NCBI GenBank assembly: GCA_963693365.1 | Contig: CAVNZM010000007.1 | Span: forward strand, 8,553,962-8,617,961 | Source: Amoebidium appalachense | Lineage: Eukaryota > Protista > Ichthyosporea | DNA: 64,000 bases | Direction of reading: 5' to 3' | In this document: positions 52,634-64,000 of the stretch, in pieces | How positions within the stretch are numbered: position 1 is the stretch's first letter | Layout of the letters: each line of letters begins with the position of its first letter | The notes under the pieces: model-generated | The model's database searches: none | Seen by the model: the letters and a program-made list of their open reading frames with translations, nothing else | Told to the model about the DNA's origin: nothing | Translations under genes and position numbers: made by a program

Positions 52634-53730
52634 CTATACTTCTTTTCCTCCAACTGACCAGTTAACTTTCTGCCTTTCACAGACCCCATGGAATGGAGCG
52701 TCATTGAATTTTTTTTGGCGCTGGTCCCGTTTATTTATATTTCCTCCACCAACCGGCCGAGCTCGAGTCTTTTTGCCTCGCCCACTGACACACTTTCTCT
52801 TTTTCTCCTCTGCATTTTTCTGCACGGGTGACTGCAGGCGCTCTAGCTCCAGCACCATAAACGGTTGGCACAATATACACAGTTGCTTTTGGATCCGGAG
52901 GGCAGCCTCTACATCCATGATGTTTGCATCGTGAAACTTGGCCCCGTTTTGTGTTTGTTGAAGTAGCCATTTTGCGCCACCCTTCAACAAGGTGCACACC
53001 TTTTCCTTGTATCGAAGTTTGGTTCTATTTCACTCTGAAGCCCGGCCAGACAATCTCGCCGTGAACAAGTCTTTATTGTGCGGTTGAAGTAGGACGGCAC
53101 AGCACGGATCCAAAAGTTGAGTGCCGAAATGTGACCGGTTTCGCTCAACCCGACACCATCACACCCATAAGCGCTCAGAAACTCTCCTGAATCGACGAAT
53201 TTGGCGTATTTTTGACCCCAGCCTCTCCCTCGATGCTCTCCAAAGATCTCAAACTCAGAAACTATGAAGTCGTGGTGGAGATGTGGGCCTGTGGAGCAGT
53301 TACGTTCTCGAGGGTTGCCATCTAAGATTTGCTCCTTTCCTACATTCGTTGCCGAAAGGAGACCACCCTGGGGTATTTTGTACAGCATATACCCAATAAT
53401 TATGCCTTCTGCACCAGAACCCTCAACCACCAAGATAATGAAGTGTGCAATTTGTTCCGAAATAAGAAAGATCTCGGTCTGAAAATGGTTGCTCCCCCAT
53501 TAGGCTCACAGGTCCTTCTAATAGACGTTTCCACCCCCGTTCTATGAGTTCGCAAGTATAAGCGTCAGTGTGATTATTGTGGGCTGGTATTCCTAGGCCT
53601 ACATTGCAGGGTGATCGGTAGAGTTTCTGCGTGTGTGAGTCGGAAACTATTGCAATGTGAGGCTGGGCCATGGCAGGGTCCCATGATATCGATGGAGTCA
53701 TGGGGTCGGTAATTCTTACAATTCCCATTA
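52634..53730 (-). pseudogene. Frameshifted paralog of the GNAT-like gene at 54672 (two frameshifts, near 53432 and 53020)
   Basis: Three consecutive ORF pieces align collinearly with the plus-strand protein: GWKRLLEGPVSLMGEQPF vs GWERLVSGSVTLRGEQPF; VSEFEIFGEHRGRGWG vs ISEFEIFSEYRSRGFG; HISALNFWIRAVP vs HFSALNFWVRAVP; VCTLLKGGAKWL vs ICKVLVGAAKWL. The start position is uncertain. Confidence 0.8.
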
Positions 53731-54140
53731 CTAAATAAACTTTTGTACACAAACCAGCATATGTTCTTAACTTCCTGGAATAACACTCATTTTCATAACC
53801 ATCGCCTATGCTTGTTTGAATCATGGGACGACCAAGAAAAACTAGTGGGACCCCATGAGCTTGAATACCGAGATCTAACCACACAAGCTCGCGGCAGCCA
53901 CGGCCGGGTCACAGATCTCTCCCGCCCATCTTTAGGTTCACAAGGTGAATTATTCTGGGACACAAAACGTCAACACACATTTTCTCTTTATTATCGCAGC
54001 AGGTGCCATGGTGCCCTTCCTTCACTTTATGTGTCTGTTGCCAGCCTTACGCTTTGACCGCTGCTCTGAATTCGAAAGGACTTGACTGAGTCGGACTCGT
54101 CACTCAGTCGTCACTTGAGTAAAATATATACTCACAATGA

Positions 54141-54605
54141 CCAATAGGAGCGTGTGAAAACAGTTAACCACATATGTATCAATGTTTTAGCTTTTGATTG
54201 GCTCGAGTATTTTGGTCAGTGGATAGCGGAAACCAGCTTCCTCAGAACGGCCTCGACCTACTGCATATTAATATTTCAAACTCCGGATAGTATTTATCTA
54301 ACTTCCCCCGAGCGCAAATACCAACCACAGCTTTTACTGTACATAGCCTACACCTGCCTACACGTAACTTGGGCCGACGTGTGTCCGATTCGATTGGGCG
54401 TACGCGCACCTACGTAGACCAATCAACAGCGTCTTTCTGATGGTGCATTTTTGTTCATCCAATCAGTTGCGCAAATATCTTGAATATTTTGACCGGTTTA
54501 GATTCAGCTCTGAGCAGATTCCAGGCTTTTTTTATCGGAGCCACCTGGCTAAACTCCTGGCTAATGATCTTTTATGACAGTTCTATTCGAACTGCAAGTA
54601 TAAAA
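54141..54605. promoter_or_regulatory. Putative bidirectional promoter: five CCAAT boxes and a TATA-like element
   Basis: CCAAT/ATTGG at 54141, 54197, 54393, 54419 and 54459. TATAAAA at 54599-54605, about 70 bp before ATG 54672. Confidence 0.4.
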
Positions 54606-54671
54606 TGCGCCGACAACTCTAACACACATCAGTAAAATATCACATAGAAGTCTTTTTGTAACATATCTATC

Positions 54672-55751
54672 ATGTCGCGAAGTGCCACAAAAAATGTTAT
54701 AATCAACACGTCGGGGTGCAAGTCACCCCAGCAGCCTCAGCCGGCCACTATTTCGTTCAAGGCTGGCTCCCTTCAGATAGTTTCCCAAGTTACATCAAAG
54801 CACACACAAACACCCAAGGTTGCTAATAAGGAACTTCTTCTACCCAAAGAAGATGCTGCTACGCGTGAAGCACGCCGTATTACCGAATTGGGCTGGGAGA
54901 GGTTAGTTTCTGGTTCTGTGACTCTGCGTGGTGAACAACCATTTGCACCTGCCAGCGACTCGATGGATGAATTCGACAGGAGGCTAGTTTTGCACTTTTT
55001 CGTTCTGAATGAGGAAGAGGAAGACACGTCAGAGGTGGTGGGATATATGTTTTGTATGACCGATACACCCCATGAGAATCCACGGCGGCACATAGGAAAG
55101 CATACTGTGTGCGACTGCGAGCGAAGAATCAATAACGACCGCCTGCTTATGATCTCTGAGTTTGAGATATTTAGTGAATACAGAAGCAGAGGTTTTGGGA
55201 AACAACTTGCCGATATGATCTCTTCGAGCGGGTATTTAAGCCTGTATGACTGCACAGGTATAGAACTTATGGAGATTAGCCATTTCTCGGCGTTGAATTT
55301 CTGGGTACGCGCTGTCCCCGACCACTTCTACCAAAAGCTCGACACGTGTGCACGCAGCGAGTGTATTCCAACTTTGGAAATCGAGCTCCAACACACCCTC
55401 AAGCACAAAGAAGACATATGCAAAGTGCTTGTTGGTGCGGCAAAGTGGCTAAGAGAGCACGACAGGCAAACACAGAAGCAGTCGAAGTGTGGAGGTTTAA
55501 GTGCATCGCAGAGGAAGGAGCAGCTTTTAGCGCACCTGCAAGCTGTTTGTCGCGCTGCTTTTGAAGAGGAGAAAAAACTTGCAGAAAGTCTTTATCTGGA
55601 TGTTCCTTCTGTATCTACGCCAAAATCAAGGACCCCTTCTGCTGGTAGGCGTCATAACCGTCAGATGGGCTCTCCCTCACCAAAATCCCCGAACGGGCGA
55701 AAGGTACAAAGCGGTGCACGTGGATATGGAAAAACCAAATTGGAATATTAA
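54672..55751 (+). CDS. Intronless 359-aa protein with a putative GNAT acetyltransferase fold and a basic, S/T-P-rich tail
   Basis: Long uninterrupted high-complexity ORF, conserved with the adjacent paralog. Contains VVGYM, the acetyl-CoA motif A-like ISEFEIFSEYRSRGFGKQL and the motif B-like SALNFW. Confidence 0.75.
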   Translation: MSRSATKNVIINTSGCKSPQQPQPATISFKAGSLQIVSQVTSKHTQTPKVANKELLLPKEDAATREARRITELGWERLVSGSVTLRGEQPFAPASDSMDEFDRRLVLHFFVLNEEEEDTSEVVGYMFCMTDTPHENPRRHIGKHTVCDCERRINNDRLLMISEFEIFSEYRSRGFGKQLADMISSSGYLSLYDCTGIELMEISHFSALNFWVRAVPDHFYQKLDTCARSECIPTLEIELQHTLKHKEDICKVLVGAAKWLREHDRQTQKQSKCGGLSASQRKEQLLAHLQAVCRAAFEEEKKLAESLYLDVPSVSTPKSRTPSAGRRHNRQMGSPSPKSPNGRKVQSGARGYGKTKLEY

Positions 55752-56985
55752 TTGATAGTGTGGGTGGGTGGGTGGGTTGGGGGGGGGGGGGGGGAGGGAG
55801 GGAGGTTCACCAGTGGTGATTCCGTGGCCACGTGAGTGTGTGCTCATGGCATCCCAGTGTTGTTAACCAATTCCACCGTCTATTAGCCATTGAATCCAAT
55901 TTAGTAGTAATTATTAGAAGGAATGTTCGAACCAGCCTGAAATACAGCCCCCAGGATTGGCATGTTGAATCTACTAGTTCTGGGCTACGCTTATCATACG
56001 TGACAAGATTGGATACAAAGTCGTGTTATTAGGATATCTACTGGGAAGCCGCGTGAAAGGACATGACTACTGTAATCATTCCTGAGCTCAAAACGGCTAT
56101 ACATTCAAATTGCTTAATTGTAGCCTGGGTTAGGAGCAACACAACTTATAGTGCCATATATTTCACCTTCTAATAATTACTACTCAATGGCCGTCAATAA
56201 AGGTGCATCAGCTTTTTTTTTTGCCTCTTGTGCAAAAGCTCATTCGGACCGGCGTGCCAAGTCCAAAAATAAATAGCCTAAAAATATTAAAGAATATTGA
56301 ATTCATATGGATATTTAAATAGGCTTTTTTGAATTTTCAGTTTGGGGAGGGGGGGAGGGGGGCAGTAGTAATGGGGAGGGGTGGTGCCCCCCCCCCCCCC
56401 CCCCCCTCTTCCCCTCACCCCCCCCCCCCCCCTCCCCCCCCCCCCCCTCTCCCTTCCCCTCCCGGGCGCCCCTCCAGGGGGGAGGGACCATGATTTTTAT
56501 GGGGTGGTGGGTCCCCCCCCCCCCCCCCCCCCCCCCCTCCCCACCACCACCACCACCACCACCCACCCACCCGACCCCCTCTCTCTCTCTCTCTCTCTCT
56601 TCCTCCCCCTCCCTCCCTCCCCCCCCCCCCTCCCCCCGCGGGGAGTCCGACCGGCTCCCTCCCTGCTGCGTACCTACGTGCCTCCAAGATCCCCCCCCCC
56701 CCTCCCCTTTACTCCCCCCCCCCCCCCCCCCCCCCTCCCCCCCCTCCCTCCCCCCCCCCCCCCCCCCCTCTCCCACCCCCAATCTCCTCTACCACCACCA
56801 ACACTCAAATTTCCTCCTCGTACCAGCGCTCCTGTTCAAGTTGTAGGTGATGAATCACTGAATGCATTGTTTGCTTTAGAGTGATTATGTGTGTGTGGGG
56901 GGGGGGGGGGGGGGGGAGGGGGGGAGGGGGGGGGAGGGGGGGGGAGAGGAGGGGGGGGGGGGGCAGATAGAGAGCAAAAGAGAGA

Positions 56986-57016
<31 letters not shown>

Positions 57017-57296
57017 AGGGGGGAGGGTACGGGGAGTAAGAGAGAAAAAAGGGATCGAGAAAGTGTGCCACGTGTTTGCGCGTGCGCATCATACAATATG
57101 CCACCACGAAAACATAGCATAATATCCTGTGGCAGTCTGTGAGTGTGTCCGTGCGTGAGTGTCCGTGAGTATGGTGTGCGTGCCTGCACATGATGTGTGC
57201 CTCCATGCCCCTGTATACAGTTCTGTTTTTGTCCTGTCTGTCTGTTTTACACTGTGTGTGTACGTGTGCCCCCCCGCACGCACGCGCCCGTCTCTG

Positions 57297-57330
<34 letters not shown>

Positions 57331-57374
57331 CTCGTTGTGCATGCGGGCGGGCGCGCGCGCGCGCTTGTGTGTAA

Positions 57375-57409
<35 letters not shown>

Positions 57410-57419
57410 TGTGTGTATG

Positions 57420-57456
<37 letters not shown>

Positions 57457-57793
57457 TTATGTGTGCGTGCCATACGGTGTGTGTGTGACTGTGCGTGCCA
57501 CGGTGTGTGCGTGTGCCTGTATGTGACATGAACATTCCTGGTGCTGGCATGCTAATTCCAACGTGCACGGTGTGGTGGGATGCTATGAGATCGAGTCTCG
57601 AGTGCATGCACCATAGCCAAGATGATTGATGCCAATTTATGGATAGAGAGAGGGTGGGGTGCCAATGCCATCATGTTTTAAGTAGATATCCAATTAAATA
57701 CTAATATCAATCCGATCGCCCCATCCCCCTCCCCTGGTTGGTGGTGGGGCCTCCCCCCCCTCCCCTCCCCCACCTATTCGGAGGGGTGGTGGT

Positions 57794-57824
<31 letters not shown>

Positions 57825-58038
57825 ACCTCCCCGGGTCCCCGCCCCCTAACTTCCGACTACCCCCCTCCCCGGTTTTCAAGATCAAAAAGGCCTCAAAATT
57901 TTGGTATTTGTTTGAAGTTAGGCTTACACAGGCCCTGGCGGTTGGCAATACAACGTGCACACGATACACAAAATATGACGTAAAAGGGGGTACTTGAAAT
58001 TGAAACGTGTTTTTTTTTTTTTGCGCGTGCGCGGAGAA

Positions 58039-58070
<32 letters not shown>

Positions 58071-58186
58071 GGTACGGTGATTAATCATATTGAGCGGGGA
58101 AGAAGGAGGGGGGTGGGGGGGAGAAGGGGGGATGCCCGTACCACCTGCAAACGGAATGCCCCCGTCTCCCCCCCCCCCCCTCCCCT

Positions 58187-58217
<31 letters not shown>

Positions 58218-58218
58218 A

Positions 58219-58735
58219 GGGCCCAACCATATCGGCTGATCTAGTGAACTTGCTTCAAAGCAGAATTATTCTGCAAAAGGCAGAATCAATCTGCTAAAAG
58301 CAGAATTATTCTGCAAAAGCAGAATCAATTTGCTAAATGCAGAATTCTTCTGCTAAAAGCAGAATCACTCTTCAAACAGCAGGATTAATCTGCTAAAAGC
58401 AGAATCAATGTGCTAAAAGCAGAATCAATGTGCTAAAAGCAGAATCAATCTGCTACAAGCAGAAATGTTCAATATTAGTATGCTAAAAGCAGAATTATTC
58501 TGCTGTCGAAAGCAGACTGATTCTGAGTTTGCGTAATTATTCTGCTAAAAGCAGAATAATTCTGCTAAAAGCAGAGTTATTCAGTGCTTTTGCAGAATAA
58601 AGTCTGCTTTTTGCTGAATAATTCTGCTTTTTGCAGAATAATTCCGCTTTTGCAGAATAATTCTGCTATTTTGCAGAATAATTCTGCTAAAAGCGGAATC
58701 ATTCTGCTTCTTGCAAGTGACTCTGTCGATGTGGT

Positions 58736-58736
<1 letters not shown>
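58219..58736. mobile_element. PIF/Harbinger-like MITE copy 1 (right tip replaced by poly-C)
   Basis: Left end GGGCCCAACCATATCGGCTGA and right end TCTGTCGATGTGGTT. Internal 20-bp repeats CTAAAAGCAGAATYAWTCTG. Confidence 0.7.
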
Positions 58737-58774
<38 letters not shown>

Positions 58775-59130
58775 ACCACCACCACCACCACCACAAACTC
58801 ACCCGCCTTCTCTTTATTACTCTCATTCCTTGTGTGTCCCCTTCGGGACACCCCCCCCCCCCCCCCCCCCCCCCCCCAATCCCACCCCCTCCCCCCCCAA
58901 AAAAACACACACACGTGTCACACCTCTGTAAAAAACCTTTCTTCCCGCCAAACCAACCCCGGGCCGTCTCCCCCCCCCCCCCCCCCCCCCTCCCCCCTAC
59001 CCCTCCCCCCCACTCCCCCGGTCTCTGGTGCATGTACATTTTTGTCGCCTACTACCGGCAATAACTTAGTACTACCACCAACACCATGTTTGCCTGGGAT
59101 CAGCAAGAAGGCAATATCACACACTACTTA

Positions 59131-59165
<35 letters not shown>

Positions 59166-59508
59166 CACATACACACATGCACAAACACACACACACACAT
59201 ACACACACACACACATATCATAACAGTGCAAACAAAACTTTTGTTTTGTACATCGCACGTACACACACATGTAGACGCAGGCACACACTCGCGCATGCAC
59301 ATCGACGCCTGCTTCGCGCGCGCACCACACATTATGGCAACACCGTACAAACTCACACAAACACAGGCGTGTGTATGTGTGTGTGTACACAATACACATG
59401 TCACACACTTAATAGTACACACAAGCATGCACGCGCATGCGCCACTCACGCATATATATACACAGACACACACACACACCCGCACACACGCACACTGTGG
59501 CCCACACA

Positions 59509-59553
<45 letters not shown>

Positions 59554-59940
59554 GCGCGCGCGAACACACACAATACATGCTACGTTCTCTTTCCCCATGT
59601 ACCTATTCACACGTCTACCACAAACACGCCACAGGCGCACACCGTAGTACTTATTTATACACGTCGATCAACGTGCGCACCTGCCAATAGCATACACTGA
59701 GTCTCGACGACACACATACGGTAAGTCAAATAGGAACCTACAGCACTCTAAATTCACACCAACACTAAAATTTTATACCAGGAGAAAGACGGATATGCAA
59801 AAAATCGATGCTCACATACTTCCGCATGCACTGCACGCACACACGCTAGACACACACAATCGTGTTAAACTTTGCACACGCGCACACGCACACACACACA
59901 TTCCACACGTGGATATACTCCGGCACCGTTACACAAACTA

Positions 59941-60340
59941 GGGCCCAACCACATCGGCTGAGTCAAATTGCTCCAAGCAGAATTATTCTGCACAAAGCAG
60001 AATTATTCTGTAAAAAGCACAGTCATTTAGAATCTGCTAAAAGCAGAATTATTCAACAATAGCAGAATTATTCTGCAAAAGAAGAATCAACCTGCTAAAA
60101 GCAGAATCAATCTGCTAAAAGCCAAATTATTCCACTTAAAGCAGAATTATTCCGCTAAAAGCAGACTTATTCTGCTGTCGCAGCCAAACAATTCTGCTTT
60201 TTGTGGAATAATTCTGCTAATAGCAGAATAATTCTGCTGAAAGCAGAGTGATTCTGCTAAAAAATAGAAAGCAGAGTGATTCTGCTTTTGCATTATAATT
60301 CTTCTTTTTGCAAGTTAACTCTGCCGATGTGGTTGGGCCC
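59941..60340. mobile_element. PIF/Harbinger-like MITE copy 2, 400 bp
   Basis: Perfect 18-bp TIR GGGCCCAACCACATCGGC / GCCGATGTGGTTGGGCCC. 3-bp flanks CTA/TTA resemble a TWA TSD. Same internal 20-bp repeats as copy 1. Confidence 0.78.
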
Positions 60341-60577
60341 TTAAATGCGGTGCACGCACACACAGCACTTGAATTTCACGAACGTGCTCACCAAAGCATA
60401 ACGCTCAACGGCTGGTCCAGGATGATTCCACGCATGCGTGAACACACATTTTCTCTCTCCCTCGGCATTCAATTCCGTGTGTATGTATTCCTCCCCCCCC
60501 CCCCCCCCCCCCCCCCCCCCCTTCCACTCTAGCTTATATTCACAGTTCAAGTCAACCCCAATCCCTCCCCACCCGGT

Positions 60578-60611
<34 letters not shown>

Positions 60612-60898
60612 ACTGAGGCCCCCCCCCCCCCCCCCCCCTCCCCTCCCCCCGCGCCTGCCCCCTCTCCCCTCCCCCCCCCCCCCCCCCCCCCCCCCCCCTC
60701 TTCCTCCCTCTCTGTCTCTCTCAAGGATCCTTATTAGACGGAGTGAAGACAGACACTGTTAACGTTCTGCCACGGGGGCACGGCCGTGATTGCAGCAGAC
60801 ATAGGCAGAGGCTAATGTTATGTACACCAATGCACACTCATGGAACTGCAAACACACAAATTGGCCACACCATGGCACACACACTCGAGTTCTCGCAT

Positions 60899-60953
<55 letters not shown>

Positions 60954-62087
60954 GTCACATGTACACACACGTGCACCTCATGATACACACAGACAGAAAC
61001 ACGCATACATACACGGGCCCTGGGTCGCACACACAAACTTGTAGTCACGTACACGCCCCACCATCACACAGTCTGTCAAACAACAGCATACAACATAATG
61101 GTCTCACACTCAGACCATAATGCCGGCGGGACCACACTACGTATGTACAGTGTACAGTAGCACACACACGCTGGCAGTACCACCTGAGTGACTGACACAA
61201 TACTGTACCGTCGACCACACGACAGTGATACAACACACGCTTCAGCGCAAACATAAATGTCACGCGTACAATGACCCGTATTTGAGTTGCCACTATATAA
61301 AAGTTTGAAAGCAGTTGCAGCGGGACGATCAGATATATCTCTCTAACCACCGCACATACCTTCGGGAATGTGTGGGTGGGGGCCAGGGAAGAAGGGTGGT
61401 GGCAGAGAGGGGGCCGCAACTAAGCTTAAGAAAGAGGGGAGGAGGGGGGGGGAGGGGAAGGCGGGGCATTTGTGTAGAGGGTTGGATTTTAAAACAGCAG
61501 AATACACAAAACACAAACGTCACAAACCCAAAAAACCACAACAACAACAACAACAAAAAAAAAAAAAAAAAAAAAAAAAAAAGGAAACAGAAAGAAAGAA
61601 GGTAAAAACCAGATACCAACCCCAACCCACGAAAAAGCAAGCTGAAGACATCTTAACAGAGCCCTGTGGCACTATCGTTAATGTTATAGCTTCGAAAGAC
61701 TCACAGACCACATGTGCAGGCGGACAGAGTTCGACTTGCACCTTTCTTCCGTTGCTACAAACCCATCCTTTGTTCGACAGCAACAGACGAGTCGGGGGAC
61801 ACCCAACAGGAGAGGCGGGTTAAACTTTCTCCCAGCATGCCGGGTGGAGAGGAGCAACCCACCCAACATGACGTGCAGTTGATTGGCCAGGTGTCAATGT
61901 ACCGTGCCGAGCGGGTGAATACCACTTGGGTTTAAGGTATACACAGCCCATACGGCCAAAAGTATGTGCGTATCTGCATAAAACAAGCAGGTGTAGCCCA
62001 AGTGTGCAAGAGTGGTTGAGTTGTGCAAGGATACGCAAGTAGAAGCCTGAGCAAAGGGATAGACAGAAATGCAAACATGACAAATGG

Positions 62088-62125
<38 letters not shown>

Positions 62126-62349
62126 ATGTGCGACACACAGCAAACAAAAGAGTGCACGTACACCCGCTGATAAGTTGGGGACGGGATGTGGCCAAAGCCA
62201 AGCGCCTTTAGTCGGACTGCACAGCAACCCACACACACGGCAACCCCGCACATTCGTTCATGCCCGCTGAACATACCGCCGGGGGGTCGAAACAAACACC
62301 CATACACCCACGAAATTCTTGTCCGTTTTTGCAAACGGTATATATTTGC

Positions 62350-63825
62350 TTAACGGTAAGACTTCTGGTAGCGTGCGCGGGCGCCGGGACCGCCGAACTT
62401 CTTGGGCTCGCAGCGGCGGGGGTCAGCAACGAGCAGGGAGCGGTCGTAGGTGTGCAGGATGTCCTTGATCTGCTGCTTGGACACCTCGTCCACGAACTTC
62501 TGGTAGAACGCCACCAGCGACTTGGCAATGGCCTGAATACACACAGTCAATATATTTTTAGCTGGCCGGAACGTGCATGCTGTGCATGTATCCCAGCCCC
62601 AGGAGTATACCAAACTCCCACCCTCAACCAGTGATGTGTGTGAGAGGAAGAGAGGAATGTTGTGTGTGCGTGATGGACAGGGAGAGGGGGGGGGGGGGGG
62701 GGGGGGAGGGGTTGATGTGCGCACAAGAACGTAGGGACCGGGAGAAGGGGAAAGGAGCGGAATATGGTGGATAGATGGGCGGGTGGGTGACGGGGGAGGA
62801 ATAGAAACCACGACCCCGCCCACCCTCCCCCTGAGCACACAAACAAGATGCCACACACAAGCTCTGCACCCCCTCATAGTAGAGTACACCACAAGGGCGG
62901 ATGCAGACTACACCCCGCTCCTCCCCCCCCACCAACCTCGGGATGTTAGAAAAACCAGGAGAACAGAAATCCTCCTCAAGAAAAGGGGAATCAGATTATA
63001 AAGAAGGTTGCGACAGTCAGATTGAACGAGTTAAAGAAGAGACACACAAATGTCCGTATGTAACCGAGTGCCGAAGAATTGCAGCTCCCTCCCCCCTCCC
63101 CCCCAAAACAAGAAACACATACTCCCCTCCATACACACGCACACTGTCCAGCCTAGAGTACCAAAAAACCCAGAGCCTTCACATACAATCTATATACGTC
63201 TGCTTCGTACTGGTAACCTCAAACTCATATCACCTATTTCATGCATGCAGTACCCTCTGTTTTGTGCACCACATGCTAATTTTATGCAAGCACTACGACA
63301 TGCAGCATGCAACGAAATCCTGACGAACAGGCTGCATTCAGAAATTGCATAGTACGTACAGACTGGGTGTTTGCATAGTGCGTACAGACAGGATGCGCGG
63401 ATCCCGACCCAAAATGCCCCCCCCCCCCCCCCCTAACACACACCCTGTCTTTATGGTTGCACGCCAGCCCATGCATCCATTACATCCTCCCATACCACAT
63501 CAGCGCAGCAATCACCAGACAAGCTCCTACAAGCACCACACCACCAGCGGCAGCAATGCAATCAGGACCCCCTTCCCCCCCATAAAGTACACACACAGAC
63601 ACACATGGGCAACCAGACACACCAGCCAAGTATGAATGCTGAGATGTGCCCCCCTCCTCCCCCCAAACGTACACAAATACTCAACCCCTCAACCACCAGC
63701 CACGGCCCCACACATACCTGGCGGATGGCGTAGATCTGGGAGGTGTGTCCACCACCCTTGACCCGGACGCGGATATCAACGCCGGCAAAGCGGTCCTTGC
63801 CGAGCAGGTAGATGGGCTCCATCAC
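62350..63825 (-). CDS. RPS16: 40S ribosomal protein S16 (uS9), last two exons; 5' part beyond window
   Basis: Exons 63825-63718 ([36 protein letters not shown]) and 62532-62350 ([16 protein letters not shown]...[31 protein letters not shown]). Confidence 0.97.
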
Positions 63826-64000
63826 CTGCACACCAGTCAGCCAGCCCTGCTGCTAAAAACAGGAATATCCCCACGACCCAATAACGGTGGCTGAAGCATA
63901 TGGTGAAAAGTGGAAGCGTCGGCCACAACACAAAAACAGCAACAAAGTTGCCTGAGCAGAAAAAAGGCCGGTGACGACAGCACAGCATGCACCTACACAC

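Noticed and set aside
58259-58710. CRISPR-like palindromic repeats
   Set aside because: There are no spacers, and the array is enclosed by TIRs shared with 59941-60340, so it is MITE interior.
62533-63717. Intronic snoRNA in RPS16
   Set aside because: No convincing box C/D pair with terminal stem, or H/ACA double hairpin, could be identified by eye.

Overview
Eukaryotic, intron-rich nuclear DNA. The gene set and the RFX gene with a full dimerisation region suggest a unicellular opisthokont such as an ichthyosporean; this is inference only. Introns are saturated with (CA)n/(TG)n and G/C homopolymer tracts, so nearly all ORFs in the supplied track are artefacts. Manual splicing recovers six host genes: MARCH6/Doa10 (5' part, minus), TRAPPC4/Trs23 (plus), CDC16/APC6 (minus), a PHO84/PHT1-type phosphate transporter (minus), an RFX transcription factor (minus) and RPS16 (3' part, minus). 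There is also a head-to-head pair of intronless GNAT-like genes, one intact and one frameshifted. Mobile DNA includes a 5'-truncated LINE with TSD, a SINE/LINE-tail insertion, a hAT-type MITE and two PIF/Harbinger-type MITEs. A ~3 kb tandem duplication fused CDC16 exon 1 in frame to the last PHO84 exon. The most unusual element is a non-coding 300-455 bp family with six clear loci and two weak relics. It sits in G/C homopolymer tracts, has one fixed and one variable end, forms head-to-tail multimers, and lies only in introns in the host-sense orientation. It carries a covarying, pseudoknotted RNA core with hammerhead-like catalytic motifs in a non-standard order, making it a candidate retrozyme-like element. 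No searches or folding programs were run.
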